From NCBI GenBank assembly GCA_963808235.1, contig CAWEEQ010000004.1, forward strand, positions 832,001-896,000: 64,000 nucleotides of DNA, in the 5' to 3' direction. The notes beneath the pieces were generated by a model. The model ran no database searches, was not told where the DNA came from, and saw nothing but the letters and a program-made list of their open reading frames with translations. Shown here piece after piece: positions 9,456-19,581 of the stretch. The translations under genes and the position numbers were made by a program. This stretch comes from an uncultured delta proteobacterium. Lineage in GTDB: Bacteria; Desulfobacterota; Binatia; Binatales; Binataceae. The first letter of the stretch is position 1. Each line of letters starts with the position of its first letter.

Positions 9456-10772
9456 TCAGAGCGACGTCCGGTAATAGTGAATCGATTGCCGCAACCCGCC
9501 TCCGAGGCGGGTGCGGATGTACCCCAGCATCTCATTCGTCAGCAGGTACTTGGGGCGCAGATAAACGCCGCCATTGTTGAGCGAGAACAGGATGCGGTGG
9601 AATTTCCAGTTGTTGAAATTGCGCAGCAGCCGGAACCGCGCCGATACTCCCAGCGTCTGTATCCCGAAAGGGAACTTGAAGCCAAACCAAAGCGGCTGAG
9701 AATTGATCGCCAGGTCGGGCTCGGTCGAATTGTCTATTTCCTCGAGCGAACCCTCCGCCAACCTGAACCTGACCGTCTTGTCGAGGTCGGGTATCTGAAT
9801 AGTCACTGGACGGAGCATCCGTAGCAGGAGCATCGAGTATTTGTCGCGCATCTGCGCGGCAAGACCGTCGTAAGCGGCAACAATTTCAGGCATCGATTTG
9901 CTCTCGACCGGATCGTACGTGCGCTCATCGACGCTCGGCAGTTGATCGAATCGCGTCAGCGCATCCGACGAATCGTGTTCGGCGCCAACTTCGTAGATAT
10001 CCCCCGGATACAGCACCACTGCGCGCTGACCTTGGCGGCTTAAATAATTGGCGGCGTCGCGCGCGGAATTCGCAAAATTATTGACGTACTTGTTGTCGAG
10101 GCTCGAAAAGTAGATGAAGCTCGCAAACGGGATTGTCGCTTTCGCATCCAGGCCGCGATGCACTGAAGATACATTTTCGAGAATCTGCGCAGCTCGCTGC
10201 GGCAGAAATTTCTCATGCGGCTCAAAGCCGGCGTAGGCGGCCAGCGAGAACTGATTAAGGAGAACATCGACGCGTCCGATGTCGTGCAGGATGCCCTTGC
10301 ATTCGCCGGCGCTGATGCGTGCGTCGTTGGCGTTGAAGATGACTTGTCCTTTACTCAGTACCGCCAGCGCGGAGTCCATTATCCCGGCGTGATAGCAATA
10401 TACTTTCGTCGCATCGGGCTTGCTGCTCAGCGATACGATCATCCGATGCGGCAGCCGCTGAAATCGCTCATAGCCAAGCTTGCGAAACGCCGCGAACATC
10501 TTTGTGTAATCGCGATCCTGAAAGAGGATCGTCACCCGCGCTTTGAAGTCAGCCGGAAATGATCCGAGGGTCGGGAAGTGACAATGATCGGGATGCTCGT
10601 GCGAGATCCAGATGTACTCGACCTTGTCGAGCACCGCCTGGTCGAACTTTGGTTCCGGCAGCAGAGTCCATGAGTCGTTGAAAATTTTTCCGAATAGCCA
10701 GGGATCCATCAGGATCGACGTGTCGGCGCATTCCGCGACGATGCATGCATGTCCGACAAAGTGAATTTTCAT
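9456..10772 (-). CDS. Metallo-beta-lactamase-fold protein (UlaG/CMAH-like), paralogue 1
   Basis: MKIHFVGHAC...ILMDPWL.G..FNDSW...WISHEHPDH...NANDA...IPFASF. Confidence 0.85.
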   Translation of the reverse strand: MKIHFVGHACIVAECADTSILMDPWLFGKIFNDSWTLLPEPKFDQAVLDKVEYIWISHEHPDHCHFPTLGSFPADFKARVTILFQDRDYTKMFAAFRKLGYERFQRLPHRMIVSLSSKPDATKVYCYHAGIMDSALAVLSKGQVIFNANDARISAGECKGILHDIGRVDVLLNQFSLAAYAGFEPHEKFLPQRAAQILENVSSVHRGLDAKATIPFASFIYFSSLDNKYVNNFANSARDAANYLSRQGQRAVVLYPGDIYEVGAEHDSSDALTRFDQLPSVDERTYDPVESKSMPEIVAAYDGLAAQMRDKYSMLLLRMLRPVTIQIPDLDKTVRFRLAEGSLEEIDNSTEPDLAINSQPLWFGFKFPFGIQTLGVSARFRLLRNFNNWKFHRILFSLNNGGVYLRPKYLLTNEMLGYIRTRLGGGLRQSIHYYRTSL

Positions 10773-11192
10773 GAGCACTCTCCGGCAGATTCTGGAGGTC
10801 TCGCTTGGGCGTCTCTGAGTGTGGTTCCTAGAGCACGCCGCTTGCCCTAAAAGCGTAACATTAAAGTTTAGTCAAGGCAAATCAGTATAGGTCAATCTAT
10901 TTAAAGTCACTCTCGATATTGACTAATTCTCAACTCACGTTAATTTAACTAGATTTTTGTTACTTGTGCTAGCTTCTAAAATCTGTTACTTTGGACCTAA
11001 GCCATTTGCAAGGGCCAGTGAGCGAGAAATGGTAAGAGAAACGGGATGTTTCAGGTCAATCTGGCCGTCAGTGTCGCAAACTTTGAACAAGGAACCGGGC
11101 TTGAGCGCTCGCAACATGCTTGAGCCGATAACATCTGTATCCAATGGGAAAGGGGGCGGCGTGGAGGAACACGGCCGCCGGGGGTTTAACCC

Positions 11193-12596
11193 GTGAAAGT
11201 GACCCTGGTTTCGCATGCTTCGGTGATAATTGAGTCACAAGGAGTCAGAATTTGGACTGACCCGTGGCTCACGGGCAAAGTCTTCAATGAATCGTGGTCG
11301 CTGTTTCCGCCGGCGGCATTTGATCCTGCGATGCTTGATTCGATCGACTACCTGTGGATTTCGCACATTCATCCGGATCACTTCCACATTCCAAGCCTGA
11401 ATTCGCTTTCCCCGCAGTTCAAACGCCGGGTCAAGGTCCTGTTCCAGGACAATCACGCCGATCAACTTTTCGAAGTGATGAAAAAGTGCGGATACCAGAA
11501 CTTCCAGGCGCTGCGGCATCGCCGGATGGAGTCTCTCAGCGAGCACACGTCAGTCTACTCCTACAGCGCCGGGACCCTGGATTCCTGCCTGGGCGTGATG
11601 GAGCCGGAAGGGGGCTTGTTCAACATCAACGACTCGCGGCTGAATGCGACCGATTGTCGTCGTGTGAAGTCGGACATGGGGCGGATAGACACGGTGCTGA
11701 GCCAGTTTTCGCTGGCGGTCTATAATGGTCTTCAACCGCGCGAATCTCATCTGCGCCGCGGCGCGGCGGCGATGTTGGAAAAGATTTTCGATAATCACGC
11801 GAACCTGGGCGCCCGGATCACGATTCCGTTCGCGAGCATGATGCGTTTTTCGCTGGTCGACAATCGTTACATGAATGCATTTGCGAACCGTCCGCGCGAC
11901 GTGTGGGAACATGCCGCCGTACGAGGTCTCGGGGTGGCGATCCTGTTCCCGGGCGACACTTACAATTCATCCACCAGCTACGATTCGACCCAGGCGCTTG
12001 AAAAATACGACGCGGTCTACGAGACCATCGACCAGTTTCCCTACGACACGCCGGCGGCGGTCCCGCTGCAGCCGATCGAAGAAGCTTTCCACGAGATGGT
12101 ACGCCATTTGCGTGAAAAGTATCCCGCGCCGATACTTCGGATGCTGCGCGGGGTGGTGGTGAAGTTGCCCGACCTCGACAAGACCGTGGCGTTTTCGATT
12201 CCGGCCGACTCCTTCAGCGAAGTCGATTCGTCAGAGTCGCCCGACATCTTGATGTGTTCGCAGGCCCTGCATTTTTGTTTCTTCCGTCCGTACGGGCTGC
12301 AGACGCTCTCGAGCTCGGCGCAGCATACCGTGGTGCGCAACCTGGCGAATTGGCGGATCCATCGCGCGCTGTTCGCGCTGAACAATGCGCAGGCATACGG
12401 CCGACTCCGCTATCTGCTTCGCCGCGACACCATAAGTTTTTTCGCGAAAAGAATTAGAGCCATGGTCCGTTACACCGACCTCACCCACGCCCGGCTCAGA
12501 TATCCGTACAGCTATAAGCCAAAGCATCACTCCAGCATCCCAACTGAGGCGGGGCAGGTAATGGGTCCGTTGGATCGATCCGGGCATTCGGAGTGA
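11193..12596 (+). CDS. Metallo-beta-lactamase-fold protein (UlaG/CMAH-like), paralogue 2
   Basis: MKVTLVSHAS...DPWL.G.VFNESW...WISHIHPDH...NINDS...IPFASM; colinear with paralogue 1 over its whole length. Confidence 0.85.
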   Translation: MKVTLVSHASVIIESQGVRIWTDPWLTGKVFNESWSLFPPAAFDPAMLDSIDYLWISHIHPDHFHIPSLNSLSPQFKRRVKVLFQDNHADQLFEVMKKCGYQNFQALRHRRMESLSEHTSVYSYSAGTLDSCLGVMEPEGGLFNINDSRLNATDCRRVKSDMGRIDTVLSQFSLAVYNGLQPRESHLRRGAAAMLEKIFDNHANLGARITIPFASMMRFSLVDNRYMNAFANRPRDVWEHAAVRGLGVAILFPGDTYNSSTSYDSTQALEKYDAVYETIDQFPYDTPAAVPLQPIEEAFHEMVRHLREKYPAPILRMLRGVVVKLPDLDKTVAFSIPADSFSEVDSSESPDILMCSQALHFCFFRPYGLQTLSSSAQHTVVRNLANWRIHRALFALNNAQAYGRLRYLLRRDTISFFAKRIRAMVRYTDLTHARLRYPYSYKPKHHSSIPTEAGQVMGPLDRSGHSE

Positions 12597-12623
12597 GAAG
12601 CCTGAGATGTGAGAGTGACTGAG

Positions 12624-13487
12624 ATGATTGAGAAGAATAGGTACATTGCGATTACCCCGGCCCGCGACGAAGAGCAATTCCTTCCCGGGCTGATCAGCAG
12701 CATGGCGGCGCAAACGCGCTTGCCGCAACGATGGATAGTCATTGACGACGGCTCGGTCGACAGGACCGCGCAAATCCTTGACGGGGCGGCGCGGCAGTAC
12801 CACTGGATCGAGCCGGTGCATCTCGCGCGAAATCGTCCCCGGCAAGCCGGCGGCGAATCGGTGATCATGCAGTTCCTGCCGCGCGAAGCATGGCAGGACG
12901 TCGATTTTGTCTTCCGGCTCGACGCCGACTTGAGTTTCGAGCCGCAGTTCGTGGAGCTGATGCTCAGAGAATTCGCCGCGAATCCGAAGCTCGGAATCGC
13001 CGGCGCTACGCTCTACGAGCCGGCCAACGACAGCTGGCGTGCGGTGCCGGAGTTTCATGCGTTCCACACTCGCGGCGCCACCAAGATGTACTCGTCGGAG
13101 TGCTTCGCGGCGATCGAGCCGCTCGAGGGTTGCGAGGGTTGGGACACGATCGACGAGATGCGTGCATTGATGCGCGGATTCAAGACCCATAGCTTCCGCC
13201 ACATCCGCGCGTACCATCACCGGCCGCAGGGCGAAGTGGCGGGCGCGTGGAAAGGCTACTTCGGCAAGGGCCAGACCGCTTACTACATCGGCTACTCGCC
13301 GATTTTTCTCCTCGCGAGAGCACTACGCGTTGCGACCAAGCACCCACTGTCGGGCCTCTACATGGTGGCCGGATATTTCAACAGCCACCTGAAGCGGCGT
13401 CCGACCGTCAACGATACCGAGCTGATCACTTTTATACGCCGCCAGCAGGTCCGCCGTTTGTTGATGCTGGATTCAGTCTGGCGCTGA
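12624..13487 (+). CDS. Glycosyltransferase family 2
   Basis: YIAITPARDEE, WIVIDDGSVD.T, LDAD (DxD), GWDTIDE; start 12624 (ATG) or 12609 (GTG). Confidence 0.9.
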   Translation: MIEKNRYIAITPARDEEQFLPGLISSMAAQTRLPQRWIVIDDGSVDRTAQILDGAARQYHWIEPVHLARNRPRQAGGESVIMQFLPREAWQDVDFVFRLDADLSFEPQFVELMLREFAANPKLGIAGATLYEPANDSWRAVPEFHAFHTRGATKMYSSECFAAIEPLEGCEGWDTIDEMRALMRGFKTHSFRHIRAYHHRPQGEVAGAWKGYFGKGQTAYYIGYSPIFLLARALRVATKHPLSGLYMVAGYFNSHLKRRPTVNDTELITFIRRQQVRRLLMLDSVWR

Positions 13488-13592
13488 ATGCGATGCGTCG
13501 AAACATCACGCGAAACTCATTATGGATCTCTGACGAAATATAGGTGACGCACTTCGCGGGGGTCGCGCGGTGAGGACGCGAAATAAAATCAA

Positions 13593-14921
13593 ATGGCCCA
13601 GAAATTCCTGATTTCGTCCGGCACGGTGGATATAACGCCGCGGCGGCCGACGACGCTTGGTGGCTACAAAAAGCGAACCGAAATGTTCACCGGTATCGCC
13701 AGCCGCCTCGAGGCCAATGTGCTCCTTATCAAGGGCGCCGCGTCCAGCGTGACGATAGTCAGCACCGATCTGCTCTATCCGGGCGAGACCCTGAGAGCGC
13801 GCTTGCTCGATAGCCTCGGCCTGTCGCAAAAGAGCGAGGAACTATTCTTCTGCGCTTCGCATACCCATTTCGCGCCGATGACTGCGCCGTCGATGCCTCT
13901 GCTCGGAGTGGCCGACATCGACTACGTAAATTATGTCGCGAGCCAAATCACGACGCTGGTCAAATCGATCGAGCACGAAGGCGAACCGTGGATCTGCGAG
14001 TACCATGAAGGGACCGCCGATCACTCCATGAATAGACGACTGGTCCGCCTTCGTTTGACGAGGTCCGGGCTCGCCAGAGGCTCAGGCTTGGCGCCGAATC
14101 CCGCCGGCGACCGGGACGAGCGCGTGCGCATCCTTAAGTTTTCGAAGCCGGGCGGAGAGCCGGGCGCTGTGATTTGGAATTACGCGTGTCACCCGACTGA
14201 TTTTCCCGGCTTTCTGCAGGTGTCAGCCGATTACCCCGGAATAGTTCGCGCTCGTCTGCGATCGGAGTTCGGCGATATTCCGATTCTGTTTCTGCAAGGT
14301 TTCTCCGGCGATGTACGTCCGCCGTTTTGGGGCAGGTCAGGAGGAGTTGTGGGCATGGCGCGAAGAGTGCTGGTTGGGCCGCAATTCCGGCAACCGGAAA
14401 AAAGCGAATGGGAGCAGTGGTCCAACAGCCTCGCGCAATCGGTCGCCGCATCCGTGCACTCGGAACCCCGCAGCGCGGAAGTCAGCTCGATAACCCTGAA
14501 GCGGGTTCCCGTGCCCGAAAATGAATTCGCCGCCGGCGGCCGCGGTAACCAATCTCTATGCTGGCACCTGGTCGATTGCGGTGGATTCCGGATCGTCGGA
14601 ATCAACGCCGAACCGGTCGTCAGATATCGGCGCCTGTTGGAAACATATTTTCGCGCGCAACCGATGCTGACTGCGGGATGCCTCGACCAACCCGTGGGTT
14701 ACCTGCCGATCGATAGCATGATTTCGGAACGAGGCTACGAAGTAGAGGGCTTCCGCTCGCTCTTCAACTTTGACGCGCGATTCCGCAGGCGGTTGCAGGA
14801 TCCGATCATTCGCCGGCTGACCACCGCGCTGAAATTGACCCTCAGCGAAGTACCTCGGCGGCCTCGCAAGGCACGGGAATCGGCTCAGCCGCAAGCGCCT
14901 TCTTTGCGCTCGACCAGCTAG
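13593..14921 (+). CDS. Neutral/alkaline ceramidase-family metal-dependent amidohydrolase
   Basis: VDITP, ASHTHFAP, NRR, WNYACHPT, SADYPG, FLQGFSGDV, GYLP...GYE. Confidence 0.8.
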   Translation: MAQKFLISSGTVDITPRRPTTLGGYKKRTEMFTGIASRLEANVLLIKGAASSVTIVSTDLLYPGETLRARLLDSLGLSQKSEELFFCASHTHFAPMTAPSMPLLGVADIDYVNYVASQITTLVKSIEHEGEPWICEYHEGTADHSMNRRLVRLRLTRSGLARGSGLAPNPAGDRDERVRILKFSKPGGEPGAVIWNYACHPTDFPGFLQVSADYPGIVRARLRSEFGDIPILFLQGFSGDVRPPFWGRSGGVVGMARRVLVGPQFRQPEKSEWEQWSNSLAQSVAASVHSEPRSAEVSSITLKRVPVPENEFAAGGRGNQSLCWHLVDCGGFRIVGINAEPVVRYRRLLETYFRAQPMLTAGCLDQPVGYLPIDSMISERGYEVEGFRSLFNFDARFRRRLQDPIIRRLTTALKLTLSEVPRRPRKARESAQPQAPSLRSTS

Positions 14922-14927
14922 CAGTTT

Positions 14928-15014
14928 CGTCCGACCGTCAGCGATACCGAGCTGATCAATCTTATACGACGCGACCAGGCTCGCTCTTTGTTGATGCAGG
15001 ATTCAGTTTAGCGA
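14928..15014 (+). pseudogene. Remnant of the GT2 3' end (diverged copy of 13398-13487)
   Basis: Translates RPTVSDTELINLIRRDQARSLLMQDSV* versus RPTVNDTELITFIRRQQVRRLLMLDSVWR*. Confidence 0.75.
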
Positions 15015-15504
15015 TCATCGCGCGCGGATCGTCCGCGGCACTATTCCGTGGCAGCTGTCGCGCCGCACGCTGCACTCCAATTGAGATGGATTTGGATGAC
15101 GCCGCGCCCGAAGGGCGCCGAATAAAGTGTCGCGAGGGATTGGTTATCGGACTAGTCGCGCATGCTGCCGCGAGCTGATCTTTCGCTTTGGTCACGGACA
15201 GAGTTGCGCCGAGCGCAGATCCGAACGGTCCCTCGATAGAACGAGTGCGCCGATCGGCATCATCCGCCATCAGGCTCTGGGCGGGACACTCCTCGAAGAG
15301 CCACCTCGATGTAACATCGTCGGACAGACGATGAAGTTTGAAAATCGACACGTGTACGGCGTACCGCGCGCCGGTCGAACGCTCCTCGACAAAACCGCGC
15401 CCGCACCCGCGACAAACATGCTGAATGATCGGCGTGCCGGCAACAGTTTCGAGACCGCTAGTAATCCAATCGTGCGTTTTTAGAGCAGAGAGATTCGTTT
15501 CCAT
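14962..15504 (-). CDS. Hypothetical protein with CxxC motif
   Basis: METNL...HDW...QHVCRGCGRGF...RWL.EECP; GGGG upstream of ATG 15504; low-complexity tail overlaps the GT remnant. Confidence 0.6.
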   Translation of the reverse strand: METNLSALKTHDWITSGLETVAGTPIIQHVCRGCGRGFVEERSTGARYAVHVSIFKLHRLSDDVTSRWLFEECPAQSLMADDADRRTRSIEGPFGSALGATLSVTKAKDQLAAACATSPITNPSRHFIRRPSGAASSKSISIGVQRAARQLPRNSAADDPRAMIAKLNPASTKSEPGRVV

Positions 15505-15528
15505 TCTGTAACCCCCGATCACAAATCG

Positions 15529-15873
15529 CTATAGAGGCCGATGCTCGTAACCGGCCGTCGAATTCAGGCCCAGGTAGCTGAGCAAGATGAAAAAGTTCAG
15601 GCCACGCGCCTCCGCCGCGGCAAAAATCTGACTCTTGATCTCGTCGTCACTTGCGCGAATCGGCTGGGTCCGCGTCTCATCGAAAAACAACTCGTCATCC
15701 GGCCCCGGCAGGCGGCCAAATTTCTTTTGGAAGATTGCGAACCGATGGCTGGCAACCGCGACCATCGAGCACCGAAAGCACATTGAGCTGGAATCGCAGC
15801 ACGACTCTTCCGACGCGTGCCCCATGCGCGGCAGTCGTTCAGGTAATCTTTGGAAATGCGGCAACTTTTTCAT
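15529..15873 (-). CDS. Hypothetical protein (F.KKFGR.PGPDD.LFFD motif)
   Basis: GGAGGGG RBS upstream of ATG; 114 aa; AT-rich promoter region upstream. Confidence 0.6.
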   Translation of the reverse strand: MKKLPHFQRLPERLPRMGHASEESCCDSSSMCFRCSMVAVASHRFAIFQKKFGRLPGPDDELFFDETRTQPIRASDDEIKSQIFAAAEARGLNFFILLSYLGLNSTAGYEHRPL

Positions 15874-16006
15874 TTACTTCCCCTCCGGGGATCTTCGATG
15901 CGGGCTCGGGGCTCTGACTGACAAATAAAAGAACTATTGGATTAAAAAAGTTAAATCAAATCGATCTGGGTGATTATAAGAAAGTAACAGATAAATTGTG
16001 CCAAAC

Positions 16007-16025
16007 GTAACCTAAGAAGGGTTAC
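16007..16025. promoter_or_regulatory. Inverted repeat, possible regulator site
   Basis: GTAACC-TAAGAAG-GGTTAC in an AT-rich intergenic region. Confidence 0.35.
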
Positions 16026-16101
16026 CTGTGACTGTGAATGAACTTCCGGGACGTTTCGGTCAGGACGAAAAACGGGCTGAATCGTGAACGTGTGAAAACC
16101 G

Positions 16102-17244
16102 TCAATCCAAATCGCGCTCGGTGCGCTCGACCAGGTTGCACGAATAGGTTTTTACGACTAGCCAGACCTGCGCGCCCTCGACCAGATCCAAATCGTCAAG
16201 CGCGCCCGGGGTCAGGTGAACCTCGAACCTCGCGCCGGAGTCGACAATCAGAATGACCGTGACGCCAGCGCGACGCACCGATTCCACTCGACCCTGAAAT
16301 GCGTTGCGAGCGCTGAGGCCATGCGGGCGCTCGGCGGCCACCATGATATCGCCGGCGCGAATCGCGACCCGTACTCTCGCGCCCCGCTCGGCGCGGCCCA
16401 GCGGCACTTCAAGTTCCGTGGTCCCGCCATCCAACTGGCAGAGCATCGTTCCTCGCGACTGCGCGATTGATCGCACCGTGGCGTCGAACACATTTTCGAA
16501 TCCGACTACTTGCGCGACCGTCTCATGGCGCGGCGATTTGAGCACGTCATTGGGCATCCCCTGAGCCAGAATTTTTCCGGCTTCGATCACCACGACGCGC
16601 TCGCCGAGAGTGAATGCCTCCGCGGGGGAATGGGTGACGTAGAGGATCGGAATTTCGTGCGTCGCGTTCCAGTTGCGCAGGTCGTCGAGAATCTTCGACT
16701 TGATCGTGGCGTCGAGCGCGACGAGCGGTTCGTCGAGCATCAGCAACGCGGGCGTGGTGACCAGCGCGCGCGCGAGCGCGGTGCGCTGGCGTTCGCCGCC
16801 TGAAATTTCACCGGGCTTTCGGCGCAGCAGATGCGCGATGCGAAACGACTCGAGCATCGTCATCATCCGCTCGCGCCGTTCGCGTGCGGGCAAGTTCACG
16901 ATCCCGTATTCGACGTTTTGTTCGACGGTGAGATGAGGAAAGAGCGCGAGATTCTGAAACACGTATCCAATTTCACGGCGCGGCGCCGGCATGTCGATCT
17001 TCGATCTCGAATCGAACAGCACCCGCGCCCCCACCACGATCCGGCCGGCGTCCGGCCGCTCGAACCCCGCGATACAATTCAGCAGGGTCGTCTTTCCTCC
17101 GCCCGACGGCCCGAGGATCATCGTGAAGCCCGGGCCCGCACCGAATTCCGCGTCAAGCGCGAAACCGTTCGAGAGCCTGCGCACTACTTGGATCGTAAGA
17201 TGACGACCGCAGAGATGCGCGTCGTCGCTATGCTCGCCAGCCAT
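16102..17244 (-). CDS. modC: Molybdate ABC transporter ATP-binding protein
   Basis: GPSGGGKTT, ISGGERQR, LLMLDEP, YVTH, C-terminal TOBE-type region (LSARN...VWLVVK). Confidence 0.95.
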   Translation of the reverse strand: MAGEHSDDAHLCGRHLTIQVVRRLSNGFALDAEFGAGPGFTMILGPSGGGKTTLLNCIAGFERPDAGRIVVGARVLFDSRSKIDMPAPRREIGYVFQNLALFPHLTVEQNVEYGIVNLPARERRERMMTMLESFRIAHLLRRKPGEISGGERQRTALARALVTTPALLMLDEPLVALDATIKSKILDDLRNWNATHEIPILYVTHSPAEAFTLGERVVVIEAGKILAQGMPNDVLKSPRHETVAQVVGFENVFDATVRSIAQSRGTMLCQLDGGTTELEVPLGRAERGARVRVAIRAGDIMVAAERPHGLSARNAFQGRVESVRRAGVTVILIVDSGARFEVHLTPGALDDLDLVEGAQVWLVVKTYSCNLVERTERDLD

Positions 17245-17279
17245 CGTTCAAACCGAAATCAAATGTATCTTAACGCGCG

Positions 17280-17957
17280 CTAACGATGCATCGGCCAGAC
17301 CGCCCAGACGCGGCGATTGAGCGCGTAGGTGATCGAAAGCGTGACGAACGAAAACGCCATCAGCAGCATCGCCATCCGGTTTGCACCCGCGTAGTCGAGC
17401 GCTTGCACGCGATCGTAAATCGCAATCGACACGGTTCTTGTTACCCCGGGGATGTTGCCGCCGACCATCAGCACGACTCCGAATTCACCGAGCGTATGCG
17501 CGAAGCTCAGCACCACGCCGGTGACGATGCCGGTTATCGACAACGGCAGCACGATTCGGAAGAAAGTGCGTATGCGCGAGGCGCCGAGGATCGACGACGC
17601 GTTGATCAGATTGCGATCGACTTGCGAAAACGCCGCCGCCATCGGCTGCACCGCAAACGGCAGGCTGTAGATCACGGACGCGATCGCGAGACCCGCGAAG
17701 GTGAATGGCAGCCCATGCCCGGACAGCGAGTTGTACCATCGGCCGAGCGGCGAATTCGAACCCATCGCGACCAGCACGTAAAATCCGAGCACCGTCGGCG
17801 GCAGCACCAGCGGCAGAGCGACGATCGATTCGACGAAGAACTTCCATCGCCAGCGCGAGAAGCTGAGCCACCACGCAATCGGCATCCCAATCACGAGCAG
17901 GATCGCGCAGACGACGATCGCCAGCCGAACGGTCAAAATGATCGCGCCCCAGTCCAT
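17280..17957 (-). CDS. modB: Molybdate ABC transporter permease
   Basis: LPLVLPPTVLGFY, YSLPFAVQP, FAHTLGEFGVVLMVGGNIPG.TRT. Confidence 0.95.
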   Translation of the reverse strand: MDWGAIILTVRLAIVVCAILLVIGMPIAWWLSFSRWRWKFFVESIVALPLVLPPTVLGFYVLVAMGSNSPLGRWYNSLSGHGLPFTFAGLAIASVIYSLPFAVQPMAAAFSQVDRNLINASSILGASRIRTFFRIVLPLSITGIVTGVVLSFAHTLGEFGVVLMVGGNIPGVTRTVSIAIYDRVQALDYAGANRMAMLLMAFSFVTLSITYALNRRVWAVWPMHR

Positions 17958-18761
17958 CACATTCGGTTCGGCGGTGACGGAAGCGAAAACCCGTAGCGCG
18001 CCATCACCGCGACGATCATGGCTTCCTTCAGAAAGTTTACAAATTGCACGGCGGCTGCCTTATGATGAGATGACTTCAAGACAACGCACGCCTGGATGAT
18101 CGGCGGGTAATCCGCGGAAGGAATCTCGACGTAACGCCCCTTGCTCACCATCGGCGGCGCGAGCGCGAGCGACAATGCCACGATTCCCGCGTCGGCGTTG
18201 CCGGATTGAACGAACTGCGCAGTCTGCGAGATATCCTCGCCGAGCACAAACTTGTGCTCGAGCTGATCGTAAACCGCGTCGTGTTTCATCGCCGCCACCG
18301 CGGCGCGTCCGTACGGCGCATGGCGAGGATTGGCGATCGCGATCTTTCTGACATCGGAATCGAGCAGCGCCGTAAGGCCCCTCTTTAGATCGAGCTTCGA
18401 TGCGTTCGGCACCCACAGCACGATCCGGCCCACGGCGTATTGATAGGTACTGCCCGGTTCCGTTAATCCCGCGGCTTCAAGCTTGCGCGGATACTCGATA
18501 TCCGCGGAGAAGTACAGATCGAACGGCGCTCCGTTGCTGATCTGCGAGAAAAAATTTCCAGACGAGCCGTATGAAAGCTTGAGTGTGTTTCCGGTTTGCG
18601 CTTGATAGCGGGCTGCGACGTTCCTGAAATGCAAAGGTCAGATCCGCCGCCGCGGCAACCGTGATCTCCTCGGCGCCGGCGCGGGCCGGAATCGAAATCC
18701 ATAGGCAGAGCAGAAGTGCGCCGATGTTTCGGATCGATCTCGACGCTATGATACTTGTCAT
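17957..18761 (-). CDS. modA: Molybdate-binding periplasmic protein, with one frameshift near 18621 (probable sequencing error)
   Basis: Signal peptide and ITVAAAADL in one frame; SYGSSG..., APFD, IANP.HAPYG, GNADAG in the next; an extra A in CAG GA(A)C GTC. Confidence 0.9.
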
Positions 18762-18917
18762 TGCGCCTGAATAATGGCACGGCTCCGAACCGGCTGGTAG
18801 AGGTGGGGCGCCGCGCCGTTCGAGCGATGGCAACAATCACGACGTTGGCGGCTTGCACGTCCCCATAAAAGAGCGGCGCCTGTTGATTCGCGGGCGCGGT
18901 TATCGTTAGTTAGGAAA

Positions 18918-19415
18918 ATGGCTGGAAACAAAATCGCGATCTTCGGCGCAGGATGCTTCTGGGGCGTGGAATCCGCTTTTCGCGGCGTTGACGGCGTAGT
19001 TGATGCGACCGTTGGCTACGCGGGTGGCACCGTCGACAAGCCTACTTATCGAGCGGTCTGTAATGGCAAGACCGGCCACGCCGAAGTCGTGCAGGTCGAG
19101 TACGATCCCGCGCGGGTATCCTTCGAGCGACTGGTCGAAGTCTTCTGGCAGATTCACGACCCGACCACGCTGAACCGGCAGGGCCCCGATATCGGCACTC
19201 AATACCGCTCCGTGATTTTCTATTCCGACGAGAACGAACGCGCAGCCGCGGAGAAATCAAAACATCGCCTCGACGAATCAGGCAAACTACCGCGCCCAAT
19301 CGTCACCCAAATCGTGCCGGCCACCAAGTTCTACCCCGCCGAGGACTACCATCAGCGCTACTACGAGCGCATGGGCATAGCCCCAAGCTGCGGAATCCGA
19401 GAACCAATCGACTGA
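18918..19415 (+). CDS. msrA: Peptide-methionine (S)-S-oxide reductase
   Basis: GAGCFWGVE, TGHAEVV, HDPT.LNRQGPD.GTQYRS, FYPAEDYHQ.Y. Confidence 0.97.
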   Translation: MAGNKIAIFGAGCFWGVESAFRGVDGVVDATVGYAGGTVDKPTYRAVCNGKTGHAEVVQVEYDPARVSFERLVEVFWQIHDPTTLNRQGPDIGTQYRSVIFYSDENERAAAEKSKHRLDESGKLPRPIVTQIVPATKFYPAEDYHQRYYERMGIAPSCGIREPID

Positions 19416-19581
19416 AAGCGACCCGGGCTAGTCAGCGTTCGCGCACAGGCGCCGGTATCGCCAGACGGCCGTTTGGTTCTTTCAGTAACCATAGATCTCG
19501 ATCCAAAGATACATTTCCCCAACTGGTACGGATATCTTGATGATCGAAGGATCGCCAATTGCCGAGCGATGATTCACTGAG

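Noticed and set aside
15988-16004. Sigma-54-like TTGGCAC on the minus strand
   Set aside because: No TTGC at the -12 position
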